Below, in pieces: positions 9,489 through 18,941 of a DNA stretch of 64,000 nucleotides. This DNA is from a virus, in IMG/VR virus record IMGVR_UViG_3300013006_000024, positions 1-64,000 of that record. The stretch is one strand, 5' to 3'. Under the pieces are notes generated by a model that was not told the origin of the DNA, ran no database searches, and worked only from the letters and a program-made list of their open reading frames with translations. Position 1 is the first letter of the stretch. Each line of letters starts with the position of its first letter. Position numbers and translations under genes: made by a program.

Positions 9489-10142
9489 ATGTCTAAAGTA
9501 AAACTCGCTTTCGCTAATCACAATCATCCTCATACTCAAGAAGAAAGAGAACAAATAATTGAAAGAGCATCTAAGGCTTATGAAGCTTATATGGATGCAT
9601 TAGGTTATGATTGGAGAAATGATCCAAACAGTGATAATACCCCACATCGCGTGGCTAAGGCTTTCGTAGAAGACTTCGCATGGGGCTGTTATAGCAAGCC
9701 ACCGAAGATTACAGCTTTTGATAATATTGATCAATATGATGGAATGGTTTGTCAGAATAATATTAAATTAACCTCGCTTTGTTCCCATCATCATGCACCT
9801 TTTACCGGGGTAGCTCATGTTGCTTATATTCCTTCTAAAGAAGGTAAAGTTATTGGTCTGAGTAAGCTTAATCGTATTGTAGATTGGTTTGCTCGCCGTC
9901 CACAAGTACAAGAAAATCTTACTATGCAAATTCATGCGCATATCGATTTAGTATGCGAAAAGAATAATGGTGTAGCAGTAATGATTGAAGCTAATCATAC
10001 TTGTTGCTCTAATCGTGGTATTAGACATGATTCAACGATGCGGACAGCTAGAATGTCTGGTGCGTTCTTAGATAATAATGATAATTCTCGAGCTGAGTTT
10101 TATAAGTTTGTTGAATTTGCGCAGAATAAAAAGTTAATTTAA
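9489..10142 (+). CDS. folE: GTP cyclohydrolase I
   Basis: TPHRVAK, SLCSHHHAPF.G.AHVAYIP, GLSKLNR, RPQVQE, HTC...RG. Confidence 0.95.
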   Translation: MSKVKLAFANHNHPHTQEEREQIIERASKAYEAYMDALGYDWRNDPNSDNTPHRVAKAFVEDFAWGCYSKPPKITAFDNIDQYDGMVCQNNIKLTSLCSHHHAPFTGVAHVAYIPSKEGKVIGLSKLNRIVDWFARRPQVQENLTMQIHAHIDLVCEKNNGVAVMIEANHTCCSNRGIRHDSTMRTARMSGAFLDNNDNSRAEFYKFVEFAQNKKLI

Positions 10143-10945
10143 AAATCGCCTCTGTAATAACCACCGCCGTTATAATATCTACAACACATCCATAATTCTT
10201 GTGCAAACGGTCTATGTTCGTAAGGTGTAGCTACCGAGCCTCTCTCTAACTGTACACCGGTAATTTCAATATAATCGTTTGCATTAGATGCTGTACCTTG
10301 TGTATCCCAGAAAAATCCAACTAACATTTCACCTATTCCTGCTCCTACAGTACCAGTTAATTTATAAAAAGTACCGGTTGTCGTTAATTCGCTAGAAGTA
10401 AAACTTTTAAAAATAGCATTTGTTTGACCCGTCCAATTGTTACCAGCTGCTAAATTACCTGCTTGATCTACCCCTGTACCAGTAGTAACAGAAGTCCAAA
10501 CATAAGTACCGGAGAAGCTAGAGCCTTTTCTAAGCCAAAAAGAGAGGGTTATCTCTTGATTTGCTAGATCAAAACAATCAGTAGATTCTATTTGATTCCA
10601 TAATCTGTACTGCTCAGTTAAAGTAGAGCCTGATGGTTTTCCCGCTCTAATACAATATGGACGGCCACCGAAACCAGTTTGCCGAGTAATAATATTTATC
10701 GGAGAATTATTTTGACTAAAAGCCCACCTATCAGCAGTATAAGTTGAAGTTCCATTACCTGCAATATTTGTAAAGGTTGTACCTCTTTGCCAAACTATAG
10801 GGGAGCCATTTATTAAGCGATTTCTCGTACCTAATAAACTATTTGTAGAAAGTTTTGTAGTTGTATTACCATCACTCAGAGGTAAAAAATTTTCCGCTGA
10901 TAGCACTAAATTAGTTGTTAGCTGCGATATTGTTGTATCAGCCAT
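10139..10945 (-). CDS. Fibre/adhesin, MADxTIS family, carbohydrate-binding-like beta-sandwich
   Basis: MADTTISQL; RNRLING...WQRG...ADRW...VQLERGSVATPYEHR...RYY, a common phage fibre domain. Confidence 0.7.
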   Translation of the reverse strand: MADTTISQLTTNLVLSAENFLPLSDGNTTTKLSTNSLLGTRNRLINGSPIVWQRGTTFTNIAGNGTSTYTADRWAFSQNNSPINIITRQTGFGGRPYCIRAGKPSGSTLTEQYRLWNQIESTDCFDLANQEITLSFWLRKGSSFSGTYVWTSVTTGTGVDQAGNLAAGNNWTGQTNAIFKSFTSSELTTTGTFYKLTGTVGAGIGEMLVGFFWDTQGTASNANDYIEITGVQLERGSVATPYEHRPFAQELWMCCRYYNGGGYYRGDF

Positions 10946-11585
10946 TGTTATCTACTTTCTTTTTCTTCTTAAAAACTATAAAAGGTCTTTTTGTTTGTGG
11001 GTTATATATCTTAAGAACATCTTTACCTTTAAATTTAGCTCCACCATGCTGGTTAACTATTAAAGTTTTTTGTTTGTTAGCAATATGACGGATAGCATTT
11101 TCACTAAAACTTGGTCTCATCCATTCTTTTGAAAGAGGATCTTTTTTATTAATAGCTATTACATTGTAACGAACTGATTCATTTACCTGTTTATTAACAT
11201 CAATCACTGCATTTAATTTCTTAAGAAAAGGTTCGCCTACTAAGATAGGATCTTCATTTTCAGAACGATCCGCTATGCTAAAAGGAACATCTTTATACTC
11301 TTTTCCGTTAATTTTAATATTGAGCTTTACTATAGGTCTATCTTCTTTAACCCCACTTCCAATATGTATCTTTATGTCACCCGCACGAGGTGCTTTCATT
11401 GGTTTACCATCTACAGTAGTGAAAGAAATGTTTTCACCGTCTTCAGAAATATCTACACCATGCAGAACATTATAGGCTTCATTACCACTATCAATTTTAG
11501 CCTTAAGCTTACCTAAGCCATTAATTTCGATTAATTCGTTTACACCAAACACTGGTTTGTTATAAAAATCTTTAAACGGTTCCAT
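10938..11585 (-). CDS. Retropepsin-like aspartic peptidase (RimK-associated 'Zn_protease' type)
   Basis: KAKIDSGN, EDRPIV, FSIADRS, ILVG..FL; start revised to ATG 11585 (MEPFKDFY), 5 nt after TAAATA. Confidence 0.7.
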   Translation of the reverse strand: MEPFKDFYNKPVFGVNELIEINGLGKLKAKIDSGNEAYNVLHGVDISEDGENISFTTVDGKPMKAPRAGDIKIHIGSGVKEDRPIVKLNIKINGKEYKDVPFSIADRSENEDPILVGEPFLKKLNAVIDVNKQVNESVRYNVIAINKKDPLSKEWMRPSFSENAIRHIANKQKTLIVNQHGGAKFKGKDVLKIYNPQTKRPFIVFKKKKKVDNNG

Positions 11586-11691
11586 AATATTATTTATTGA
11601 TTTATAAACTGTTTTCATGTAACACCATAGTATGATAAATCTATTTGGAAAAAGCACATTTATCTCTTAATTTAGAATAAATATATATAAC

Positions 11692-12288
11692 ATGTTTGCT
11701 AATGATTATAATAATCTTAATGATCTATATGATAAAAAGATCATAAAAGAAAACGTTGGTCTTGGGACTCTAGCTGACAATGAGACTGTATCGCCCACAC
11801 CGGCCAGAGTTAAGAAGATACAAATGCCTCCTAAAAGATCTTGTGGTAACAATGAAGAACAAGAGCATTATAGCAAGAGTGAGGATTGTGAAGGTTATGA
11901 TCCTGCATCTTACGACAGCAATGGTCAAATGGCAAAACAGCTTCTTTTTAGATGTGCAAAAATTTCTGCAATGCTCCATGATATATTAGCAGGTAAAGAT
12001 AATGTTGAAGCTTGGGTTTTAAGCAAGATTACTAATGCACACGATCAGCTAGAGTCTGTATTCGGTTATGAAGATTATGAAGCCGCTAAGAATCCAATGC
12101 ATGGTACATGTGATGATGCAGGTAATTTAGAAGAAAATAATGAAGAAGAACTTTTTTCTGCAATTGCTGCAGGTGGTGATAAATTATTGACTAATCTTAA
12201 AACAGCATTAAGAAGAGAATCGAGAGAAAATTTAGAAAAAGTTTTATTTGAAACAATTCTTATCCTAGAAGAAAAAAATAAGAAATAA
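11692..12288 (+). CDS. Hypothetical late protein (T4-like phage conserved helical motif)
   Basis: TAAATA 8 nt upstream; GQMAKQLL...VEAWVLSKITNA motif. Confidence 0.5.
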   Translation: MFANDYNNLNDLYDKKIIKENVGLGTLADNETVSPTPARVKKIQMPPKRSCGNNEEQEHYSKSEDCEGYDPASYDSNGQMAKQLLFRCAKISAMLHDILAGKDNVEAWVLSKITNAHDQLESVFGYEDYEAAKNPMHGTCDDAGNLEENNEEELFSAIAAGGDKLLTNLKTALRRESRENLEKVLFETILILEEKNKK

Positions 12289-12945
12289 TTATTTTAGTTT
12301 CGTATTGAAGAGATTGTAGATTTTAGGATCAAATTTACCTAGTATTTGAGCGATATATTCTTTTCTTTGTTGCTCATTAGCAGCTTTATACATATTTCTT
12401 AGCTCTGTAGCACTAGTTATATTCTTACCACCTATATTAAACTGGATAGTGCCAGGTGAGTATATGTAGCCGTGGCCGCCATCTTCTCTAAAAGGATACA
12501 TTTCATTTAAACTTCTAAAGGGCTGAAAGTATGTTGGCTTGCCTTTTTTGGTCATACCGAATGCAAATCTAGGATCTTCTTTCATATCCTTTTCACCTAC
12601 AACATAAACTACTTTAGCTACATTAGGATCATAGTCTTTTAAAATTTCTAAAGGCTTATAAGGTTGTTTAACGAGCTTAATTTCTTGCTCAGGAACACCT
12701 GCTGCTAACATAATCTGCTTTTTTTCATTAAAATTAAAAGGGTATCTGCTTGGATCTTTACCAGCATCTTTAGCAGGCATATCGGATGTAGCTATAAAAA
12801 AATCAGCACCTGGAAATTGCTTTTTAGCCATATCAAAAAACTTTTTATGACCAATATGAAAGGGTTGAAAGCGACCCGGGAAAATAACTATAAGGTTATT
12901 CTTCTGAGGCATTAAAATTTCATTTACTAAATCATCGAATTTCAT
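12289..12945 (-). CDS. HIGH-motif (cytidyltransferase-like) nucleotidyltransferase
   Basis: IVIFPGRFQPFHIGH, PFNFNEK, VVGEKD, SATELR. Confidence 0.8.
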   Translation of the reverse strand: MKFDDLVNEILMPQKNNLIVIFPGRFQPFHIGHKKFFDMAKKQFPGADFFIATSDMPAKDAGKDPSRYPFNFNEKKQIMLAAGVPEQEIKLVKQPYKPLEILKDYDPNVAKVVYVVGEKDMKEDPRFAFGMTKKGKPTYFQPFRSLNEMYPFREDGGHGYIYSPGTIQFNIGGKNITSATELRNMYKAANEQQRKEYIAQILGKFDPKIYNLFNTKLK

Positions 12946-14156
12946 ATAGGCATTCCTGGCGTTAATCTTCCTTGTAAAATATCCTTACTATAGGGCGGAG
13001 CAGTTTGATAGTTTGGGGTGTTATTAACCCTATCCATATTTGCTAACTGTCCTCTAATACCGTATTCTTCATTTTCACCTCTATTAGCAAATTTACCAGC
13101 TTCTTTTCCTGTAATAAAGCTCCCTGTTATTTTAACTGGGTTAGCTGATATAGTGTTATCCCTTACAACTATACCCTCCTGATCACCAATGCTACCAAGC
13201 TTTGAATTGGCAGCTTGCTTAATCTTGTCACCTAGCTTAATTGTAGCATAATAAAACAATGCACCATTAATAGCCTTTTCAATATCTTTCTTATTATTAC
13301 CAATATAGGTATGCATAGGTACACCATTAATTATATTCTTAAAATTCTCTAGACTCATAGCGCTAATAGATTTACCAGAAGCTAGTTTAATTTTATCAGC
13401 TCGAGGATTAACAGCCTTAGTTAACCATTCACTTAAAGGCTTGGTAACAATATTCTTTGTGTCGTAGTTAACTGTAAACTTTGAACTTAATACATCATTA
13501 AAATTTACATTACCCTGTTCAACAGTAAACTCGTGTTCCACATCAAAGCCAGACTTCTTAGCAATAGGATTAACTTTAAATATTAAAGATAATAATGCTT
13601 TTTTATCATATGGTATTTCGCGTGATGCTCTTCTCACACTACCACGTACCGGGCTCTTAACTTCTATAATCTCATTTAACCCGTGTATAGCTAAAAAGTT
13701 ATTAGCATAACCAATTACATTGGTTGCGCCTTTCACAAATTCCATATTAAAAAGTATTTTTGGATTATTCCACATTTTAAGTTTTTTAAGCTCCGGCTCT
13801 ATGCTGGGAATAGCAGTATTAAAAATATTGAGTACAGTCTTACCTGTTTCTATCATACCATGGCCTTCAGGAAAGCGAGATGTTAACTTAGCAATTGTTA
13901 CACCCTCTACATCTTCAGGTTTATTAGAACCTCTATCCATAGCAAACTCTTTATTACCTTCTGCATTGGTAATTAATTTAATGGAAGCATTTACACCGTC
14001 AATCTTAACAGAAGAAGGTTTTTTCTTAAGACTATTAACAAGCTTATTAAAAATATTAATTAGATCTTTCCCTGTACGTGCATTAGGTAGATCAAAAGGA
14101 TGTGCCATGTGACCGGCTACCCCGCCTTCTAATAAAAATTGTGCAAATGTTATCAT
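12942..14156 (-). CDS. Ligase-like covalent nucleotidyltransferase (DUF6267-like)
   Basis: GHMAHPFD; SVKIDG (motif I KxDG), NMEFV, EGIVVRD (IV), VKITG (V). Confidence 0.55.
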   Translation of the reverse strand: MITFAQFLLEGGVAGHMAHPFDLPNARTGKDLINIFNKLVNSLKKKPSSVKIDGVNASIKLITNAEGNKEFAMDRGSNKPEDVEGVTIAKLTSRFPEGHGMIETGKTVLNIFNTAIPSIEPELKKLKMWNNPKILFNMEFVKGATNVIGYANNFLAIHGLNEIIEVKSPVRGSVRRASREIPYDKKALLSLIFKVNPIAKKSGFDVEHEFTVEQGNVNFNDVLSSKFTVNYDTKNIVTKPLSEWLTKAVNPRADKIKLASGKSISAMSLENFKNIINGVPMHTYIGNNKKDIEKAINGALFYYATIKLGDKIKQAANSKLGSIGDQEGIVVRDNTISANPVKITGSFITGKEAGKFANRGENEEYGIRGQLANMDRVNNTPNYQTAPPYSKDILQGRLTPGMPI

Positions 14157-15643
14157 GGATTAACAGTCACCTGTACTGACGGGCCAAATTTATCTATTGA
14201 ATTACCAATAGACGCTTTGACTTGATTTAAAAAATTATATGCGCTTTCTATTTTTTCTCCAACCGAATTACCTGGAAATGTGAAAGTAACTAAATTTTTA
14301 GTTTTATTATTACCAAAAATAATATACTTAAATTCTTCTACATAATGATATAATACTAAATGTATTGCTGCTAAAAGTCTCAATCTAGTATCGCTAGAAG
14401 CTAAAATTGCATTTTTATTAGATTTTATTTTATTTAAAAGATATGTCTCTAGTTCAGTTTTTAAAGATTGACCTTTACCGGATTCTAATGAATAACTTCT
14501 GCAAGCTACTAAACCTTTTGCAAGTTGTTCATCAGTTAATGTTTGCCAGTTATTAAAAAATGCTTCGAATGCAGGCTTAAATGTACCTTTTATTTCACCA
14601 GCTTTTTTTCGCGTAAATTCTTCTATTTGTGATTTAACAGATGTTTTGAGCTGTGATTTCCACTTTGCAGTTGTAGAATCAGTAGGTATTACTTGATCTA
14701 TGGTTGATATTAATTGCTGTAATGTTTTATCATCGTTAAGTGCATTCTGAACTTGCTTTAAATAATTAATAATCTGTTCATCTTTTCCTCTTTTTGTTAT
14801 CCAGCTTTCAATTGCTTTGTAAGCCATTTCTTTTGCTCTATCTAGTATTTTTGCTGAAAGCTGCTGTGTGTTAGGCGAAGAAGCAAATATTTTAGATAAT
14901 TCTTCTGATGAAGAAACACCTGCATAGCCATCACCGCCAAGCCGGGCTTCTGAGGCCTTGTATTCAACTTCACCAATGCCATCAAAATATAAATCGCCTT
15001 TTTCTCCTTTAATTGCATCTGAAATTAAAGTTAAAGCTATTTCACCTTTCCCAACATAAACTTTAGCCTTAAAATCATAATTATAAATCTTATCCATTAC
15101 AGATATAGCGTCCTGAGGATTTACAAAGAGCTGTTTAAATTTATCCGGAATAAGATCATTGAAATTATAAGCAGCAACCGCACCATTTGAACCTAAACTT
15201 TTTCCAATTAAAACAGTACGAACAAGATTATCTTTATCTTTTTGTAAGCTAATTAGCTCATAGAACTTATCTGCATTTAAATTCGCTTCATCGAAATAAC
15301 TCTGTATTGACGTTAAAACTTGTTTCCATCTTGGATTAGCTTCATTCCAGCGATCTATTTCTAAAGCTTTCTGAATAAGTGAATCGACAGAAGCTTCACC
15401 CTCCGGTGTTTTTACTGATTTTTGTCTAGTAAGTGTGTTAATTAATTTATTAGCTAATTTATCACTAATTTCAAACTCATGCATCTGACCATGAGGGGGG
15501 TCCTGCTGTACTACAACATCTGCATTTTCTCGATAAATTAAAACTCTGGAGCGCGGAAGAATCGGTACAGGTTTAGAGAAGGATTCGTTTAAATAGATGT
15601 CTTTAAGAGACTTGTATGGTTTTTTAACCTTAGGCTTACGCAT
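14153..15643 (-). CDS. Putative PD-(D/E)xK nuclease-domain protein
   Basis: VGKGEIAL...KGDLYFDGIGEVEYKA restriction-endonuclease-like motif. Confidence 0.5.
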   Translation of the reverse strand: MRKPKVKKPYKSLKDIYLNESFSKPVPILPRSRVLIYRENADVVVQQDPPHGQMHEFEISDKLANKLINTLTRQKSVKTPEGEASVDSLIQKALEIDRWNEANPRWKQVLTSIQSYFDEANLNADKFYELISLQKDKDNLVRTVLIGKSLGSNGAVAAYNFNDLIPDKFKQLFVNPQDAISVMDKIYNYDFKAKVYVGKGEIALTLISDAIKGEKGDLYFDGIGEVEYKASEARLGGDGYAGVSSSEELSKIFASSPNTQQLSAKILDRAKEMAYKAIESWITKRGKDEQIINYLKQVQNALNDDKTLQQLISTIDQVIPTDSTTAKWKSQLKTSVKSQIEEFTRKKAGEIKGTFKPAFEAFFNNWQTLTDEQLAKGLVACRSYSLESGKGQSLKTELETYLLNKIKSNKNAILASSDTRLRLLAAIHLVLYHYVEEFKYIIFGNNKTKNLVTFTFPGNSVGEKIESAYNFLNQVKASIGNSIDKFGPSVQVTVNP

Positions 15644-15644
15644 A

Positions 15645-16100
15645 TCATTTTGTTTTAAGATTTGGATCGTCGCTATAACGCTGCATTATATTAAGAATCT
15701 CTTTATACTTTGCCATAAAATTATTTTCATTTATAGATTGTTCAAACTTTCTAAAATGAGGGTTAGTTAATTTAGTAGGATTATCTTCAAAATTTTCATT
15801 CTGTGCAATAGATTGCTGTAAAGCTTCTCTCACATCTGTAGCAGTCTCTCTATTAATAGGCTTTGTGAAAAGAGTATCAATTGAACCAGGAGGGATGTTC
15901 ATAACTAATGCTTTTGCAAGCATTCGAACAATATCTACATAACCTTCAGGCGGGAGAGCATCAGGCTCCTCCTTAACCTGAGACTGAGGTCTTGAGGGAT
16001 CGGGAATAGCAGATTGAGCTTCAGGCATTGCTGCATCTTCAGGCTGATCTTGCTCATTAAAGAGATTCATATACTTAGATATTTTGTCGTTAAAGCTCAT
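15645..16100 (-). CDS. Hypothetical late protein
   Basis: TAAATA at 16106-16111 (minus); MSFNDKISKYMNLFNE-Q. Confidence 0.5.
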   Translation of the reverse strand: MSFNDKISKYMNLFNEQDQPEDAAMPEAQSAIPDPSRPQSQVKEEPDALPPEGYVDIVRMLAKALVMNIPPGSIDTLFTKPINRETATDVREALQQSIAQNENFEDNPTKLTNPHFRKFEQSINENNFMAKYKEILNIMQRYSDDPNLKTK

Positions 16101-16108
16101 ATAGTTAT

Positions 16109-17248
16109 TTATTGTGGATACGTATAACTTATTATAATCTTACCATTAGAACCAGCAGCATTTACACCTTTACCACCTTGCCCAGCGCCTCCTCTATCCG
16201 AATCATTAGGATTACCGGGTAGCCCGGTGTTATTGTCAGGATTATCTCCAGCTACTGTGTTAATATTACTAGATAATCCACCTGTATACCCGGATCCACC
16301 GCCCCCACCACCACTAGCAGTCCGTATATAATAGCCATATCCGCCTCCACCCCCGTAGTACCCCCCTCCACCACCCCCACCTGGACCATAGCCACCAGAT
16401 GGCTGACCTTTTCCGCCCTGCAACTGAGCTCCAATATATAAAGCATCAGAAGTGTTTTGCCCTGCTGCTCCACCAGCAGATTGTGTACCTCTCTTACCGC
16501 CAGATGCACCCCAATAATTACCCTCACCACCTCCACCGCTATCTAATCCGGATGCACCACCGCCTGCTCCTCCCTTAAGACCTCCTGCTTCCCCAGCCCC
16601 GCCTCCACCGCCACCTGCAATTGCAATTGCATTTGCAAAAGTTTTACTTACCAGGAATATACCAGAATAACCACCACCTCCACCAGAGCCGTATGTTAAG
16701 TTGTAAGATGCATCACCAACACTACCTCCACCGTTGTAACCGCCTATGTGTGTACTAGAGGCTCCTCCTCCAACAGAAATAATATATACTTGACCTGATG
16801 TAACGGTTTTAGTACCGCTTGTATAGCCACCTCCACCTCCAGCTGTATTAGAGCCTACAGTCGAACCGCCTGCACCCCACATTTTAACAGATAATGAAGT
16901 AATACCTGCAGGCACTATAAAACTAACATCTAATCCAGTATAATCATATACTGTTGTTACAGTACCTGTTGACGATGTAGCTTGTGCTAATCCAAGCCAA
17001 TATCCATTATTGTATATTTCTAAAGTATTAAGAGAAGTATTAAACCTTAACATTCCGGAGCTCGGAGCACCCGGTCTTTGTGCAGTTGTACCAGCAGGAA
17101 TAGGTAGAGCGCCTCCAATATTACCGGTAGCAGTAATAATTCCGCTTACCGGTATACCAGATGTAACACCGTCAACAGAAATAGGTACTATAGCACCGGT
17201 ATTAGTTGTCAAAATTCTAGATAAACCGGAAATGGTAGTATCAGCCAT
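16109..17248 (-). CDS. Fibre/adhesin, MADxTIS family, glycine-rich tip domain
   Basis: MADTTISGL; PAGTTAQRP...GMLRFNT...EIYN; VPAGITSLSVKMWGAGG and poly-Gly tracts. Confidence 0.7.
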   Translation of the reverse strand: MADTTISGLSRILTTNTGAIVPISVDGVTSGIPVSGIITATGNIGGALPIPAGTTAQRPGAPSSGMLRFNTSLNTLEIYNNGYWLGLAQATSSTGTVTTVYDYTGLDVSFIVPAGITSLSVKMWGAGGSTVGSNTAGGGGGYTSGTKTVTSGQVYIISVGGGASSTHIGGYNGGGSVGDASYNLTYGSGGGGGYSGIFLVSKTFANAIAIAGGGGGGAGEAGGLKGGAGGGASGLDSGGGGEGNYWGASGGKRGTQSAGGAAGQNTSDALYIGAQLQGGKGQPSGGYGPGGGGGGGYYGGGGGYGYYIRTASGGGGGGSGYTGGLSSNINTVAGDNPDNNTGLPGNPNDSDRGGAGQGGKGVNAAGSNGKIIISYTYPQ

Positions 17249-17264
17249 CTAATTATTTATTAAT

Positions 17265-17828
17265 TTAACTAATGAGAAGTTGTTTAGTCTTAAGCTGATT
17301 AAAGTATTCTTTATTTAGAAAAATAAGATCATTCTTCTTAGTAAACGTTCTTACGCTAGCAAATGTATAGTTTTCTATATTAACACTATCTATATAACTT
17401 CTAATACTATTAATAACTTCAATACCTCTGCCGTCGTTAGAAGAAAGGAGGTGGGTAAGAAAATCAAACGATATATTAGTAATAAACATCTTTATAGGTA
17501 ATAATTTCTTTATTTTAGCTAAAACAATATTAAGAGTCTTAAGAACGTCCTCTTCTTTAAAATACTTAAAAATATGTAACTGTTCGAGTTGGGTATTATT
17601 AAAGTAAATAATAGTTTTTTCAGTACTAGGGTTATTCAAAAGCTCTTCACAAAGACTATGAATAATATGATGATAGAAAAACTTCTTAGCATGATTAGAT
17701 ATTTTCTCTTTTAAAAGATCAAACCTATGCAGATCGTTTATTAAATTAACTTCCATCTTTCTTGCGAAAATATAGTTAAAATTTAGCAGCTTAAAATTAT
17801 ATTGACTAAACTCAATTTTTTTGAGCAT
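17265..17828 (-). CDS. Hypothetical protein
   Basis: 187 aa ORF with TTGAGT-N16-CATAAT upstream; no confident motif. Confidence 0.45.
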   Translation of the reverse strand: MLKKIEFSQYNFKLLNFNYIFARKMEVNLINDLHRFDLLKEKISNHAKKFFYHHIIHSLCEELLNNPSTEKTIIYFNNTQLEQLHIFKYFKEEDVLKTLNIVLAKIKKLLPIKMFITNISFDFLTHLLSSNDGRGIEVINSIRSYIDSVNIENYTFASVRTFTKKNDLIFLNKEYFNQLKTKQLLIS

Positions 17829-17853
17829 ATCTTATTATGAATGAAAATATAAA

Positions 17854-18267
17854 CTACTCAAGAAATTTTTTAGGCGGTCTGCCGATTCTCACATTAATAA
17901 TACCATTATAATAATCTTCTCTCATTAAAACGTTTTTGTCGATTTGTTCGCTTATTTCGAAATATGCTAATTCCCATTTCGAGCCGCATGCCCGTAATAT
18001 CTTGAATATAAATTTATCTTTACCATATTTTTTAATATCTTCGTTTAAATCGGTCGATGAGCTAGTATACTCTTTCCAATCTGATTCTTTAATTTCAATT
18101 CTTTTATTCTTTTTTCCTTTTAAAGGCTTTCTCTTTAATTTTGACTTACACTGTTTTTTGCCAATATATTTCTTACCGGTAATAGTATTTGTAATTTCAT
18201 ATATAAAGCCAAACGTATTCTCGTCTATAATTACGTTTTCATTTAATATCCAATGACCTAGATCCAC
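17854..18267 (-). CDS. GIY-YIG family endonuclease
   Basis: FGFIYEITNTITGKKYIGKK...WKEYTSSS...YYN. Confidence 0.8.
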   Translation of the reverse strand: MDLGHWILNENVIIDENTFGFIYEITNTITGKKYIGKKQCKSKLKRKPLKGKKNKRIEIKESDWKEYTSSSTDLNEDIKKYGKDKFIFKILRACGSKWELAYFEISEQIDKNVLMREDYYNGIINVRIGRPPKKFLE

Positions 18268-18270
18268 GAG

Positions 18271-18522
18271 TTATTTAGAAAGCTTTAAGACTAATCCAGG
18301 TAATGGACGTCGCTGTACAAAAAATTTCTTCTTCTTTTTACCAGCACCTAATACTTTTGGAACCCTTGAATCATTTGGCGCGTAATTGTCTTTATGACCG
18401 GGAAATGCATTCCCAGTAGCTCCGGAATCAACCGTACCAAATACGCTTGTAGCTCCTCCTGCTACATTCATTTCACTTAATGTTTTATAAAAAGCCTGTT
18501 CAAATAAACCTATTGATTTCAT
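18271..18522 (-). CDS. Small hypothetical late protein
   Basis: TAAATA upstream; FYKTLSE-M N-terminus; basic C-terminus. Confidence 0.45.
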   Translation of the reverse strand: MKSIGLFEQAFYKTLSEMNVAGGATSVFGTVDSGATGNAFPGHKDNYAPNDSRVPKVLGAGKKKKKFFVQRRPLPGLVLKLSK

Positions 18523-18548
18523 ATAACTATATACTATTATTTAAGTTA

Positions 18549-18941
18549 ATGCTGCTAGAAGATTACATAAAAGAGCTAGAAAATGACTTAAAAATTGATG
18601 AGCTTATTTTAAAAGAATATCAATTAAAGTTACCGGGTATAAAGCATAAATGGGCTGGCCGATGCATTCGTCATAAGCTAGAGCTAGTAGCGATTCGTAA
18701 GAAGAGAGAAAAACTAAAGAAAGAAATTGTAGATAAAATACAGGAACAAAGTCCGGTAAAACTCGCAATACCTATGGTGGAACGCACAGCAGAGAAATGT
18801 TCTGAAATTACTGACATTGATAATACTATAAAAGAATTGGAACTGATAATAGAGTTGTTAGAAAAATCGGAAAAGACATTAAGCTCTACGTCTTATGATA
18901 TTAAGAATCTTGTTGATATTATTAAACTTGAAACAACGTAA
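18549..18941 (+). CDS. uvsY: Recombination mediator UvsY-like
   Basis: DLKIDEL.L....LKLP.IKHKW...DIKNLVDI; upstream of uvsW; start revised to ATG 18549 after TTGATT-N16-TATTAT. Confidence 0.7.
   Translation: MLLEDYIKELENDLKIDELILKEYQLKLPGIKHKWAGRCIRHKLELVAIRKKREKLKKEIVDKIQEQSPVKLAIPMVERTAEKCSEITDIDNTIKELELIIELLEKSEKTLSSTSYDIKNLVDIIKLETT

Noticed and set aside
16250-16900. GC-rich CCA/CCG repeats as a DNA repeat array or foreign island
   Set aside because: Explained by poly-glycine coding in the fibre tip domain.
17265-17828. T4 RNase H/PIN-like nuclease
   Set aside because: Only a vague resemblance; the acidic catalytic residues are not evident.
17854-18267. GIY-YIG gene as a mobile homing element
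   Set aside because: It is short, free-standing, interrupts no gene and lacks an evident DNA-binding extension; more likely a resident late nuclease.
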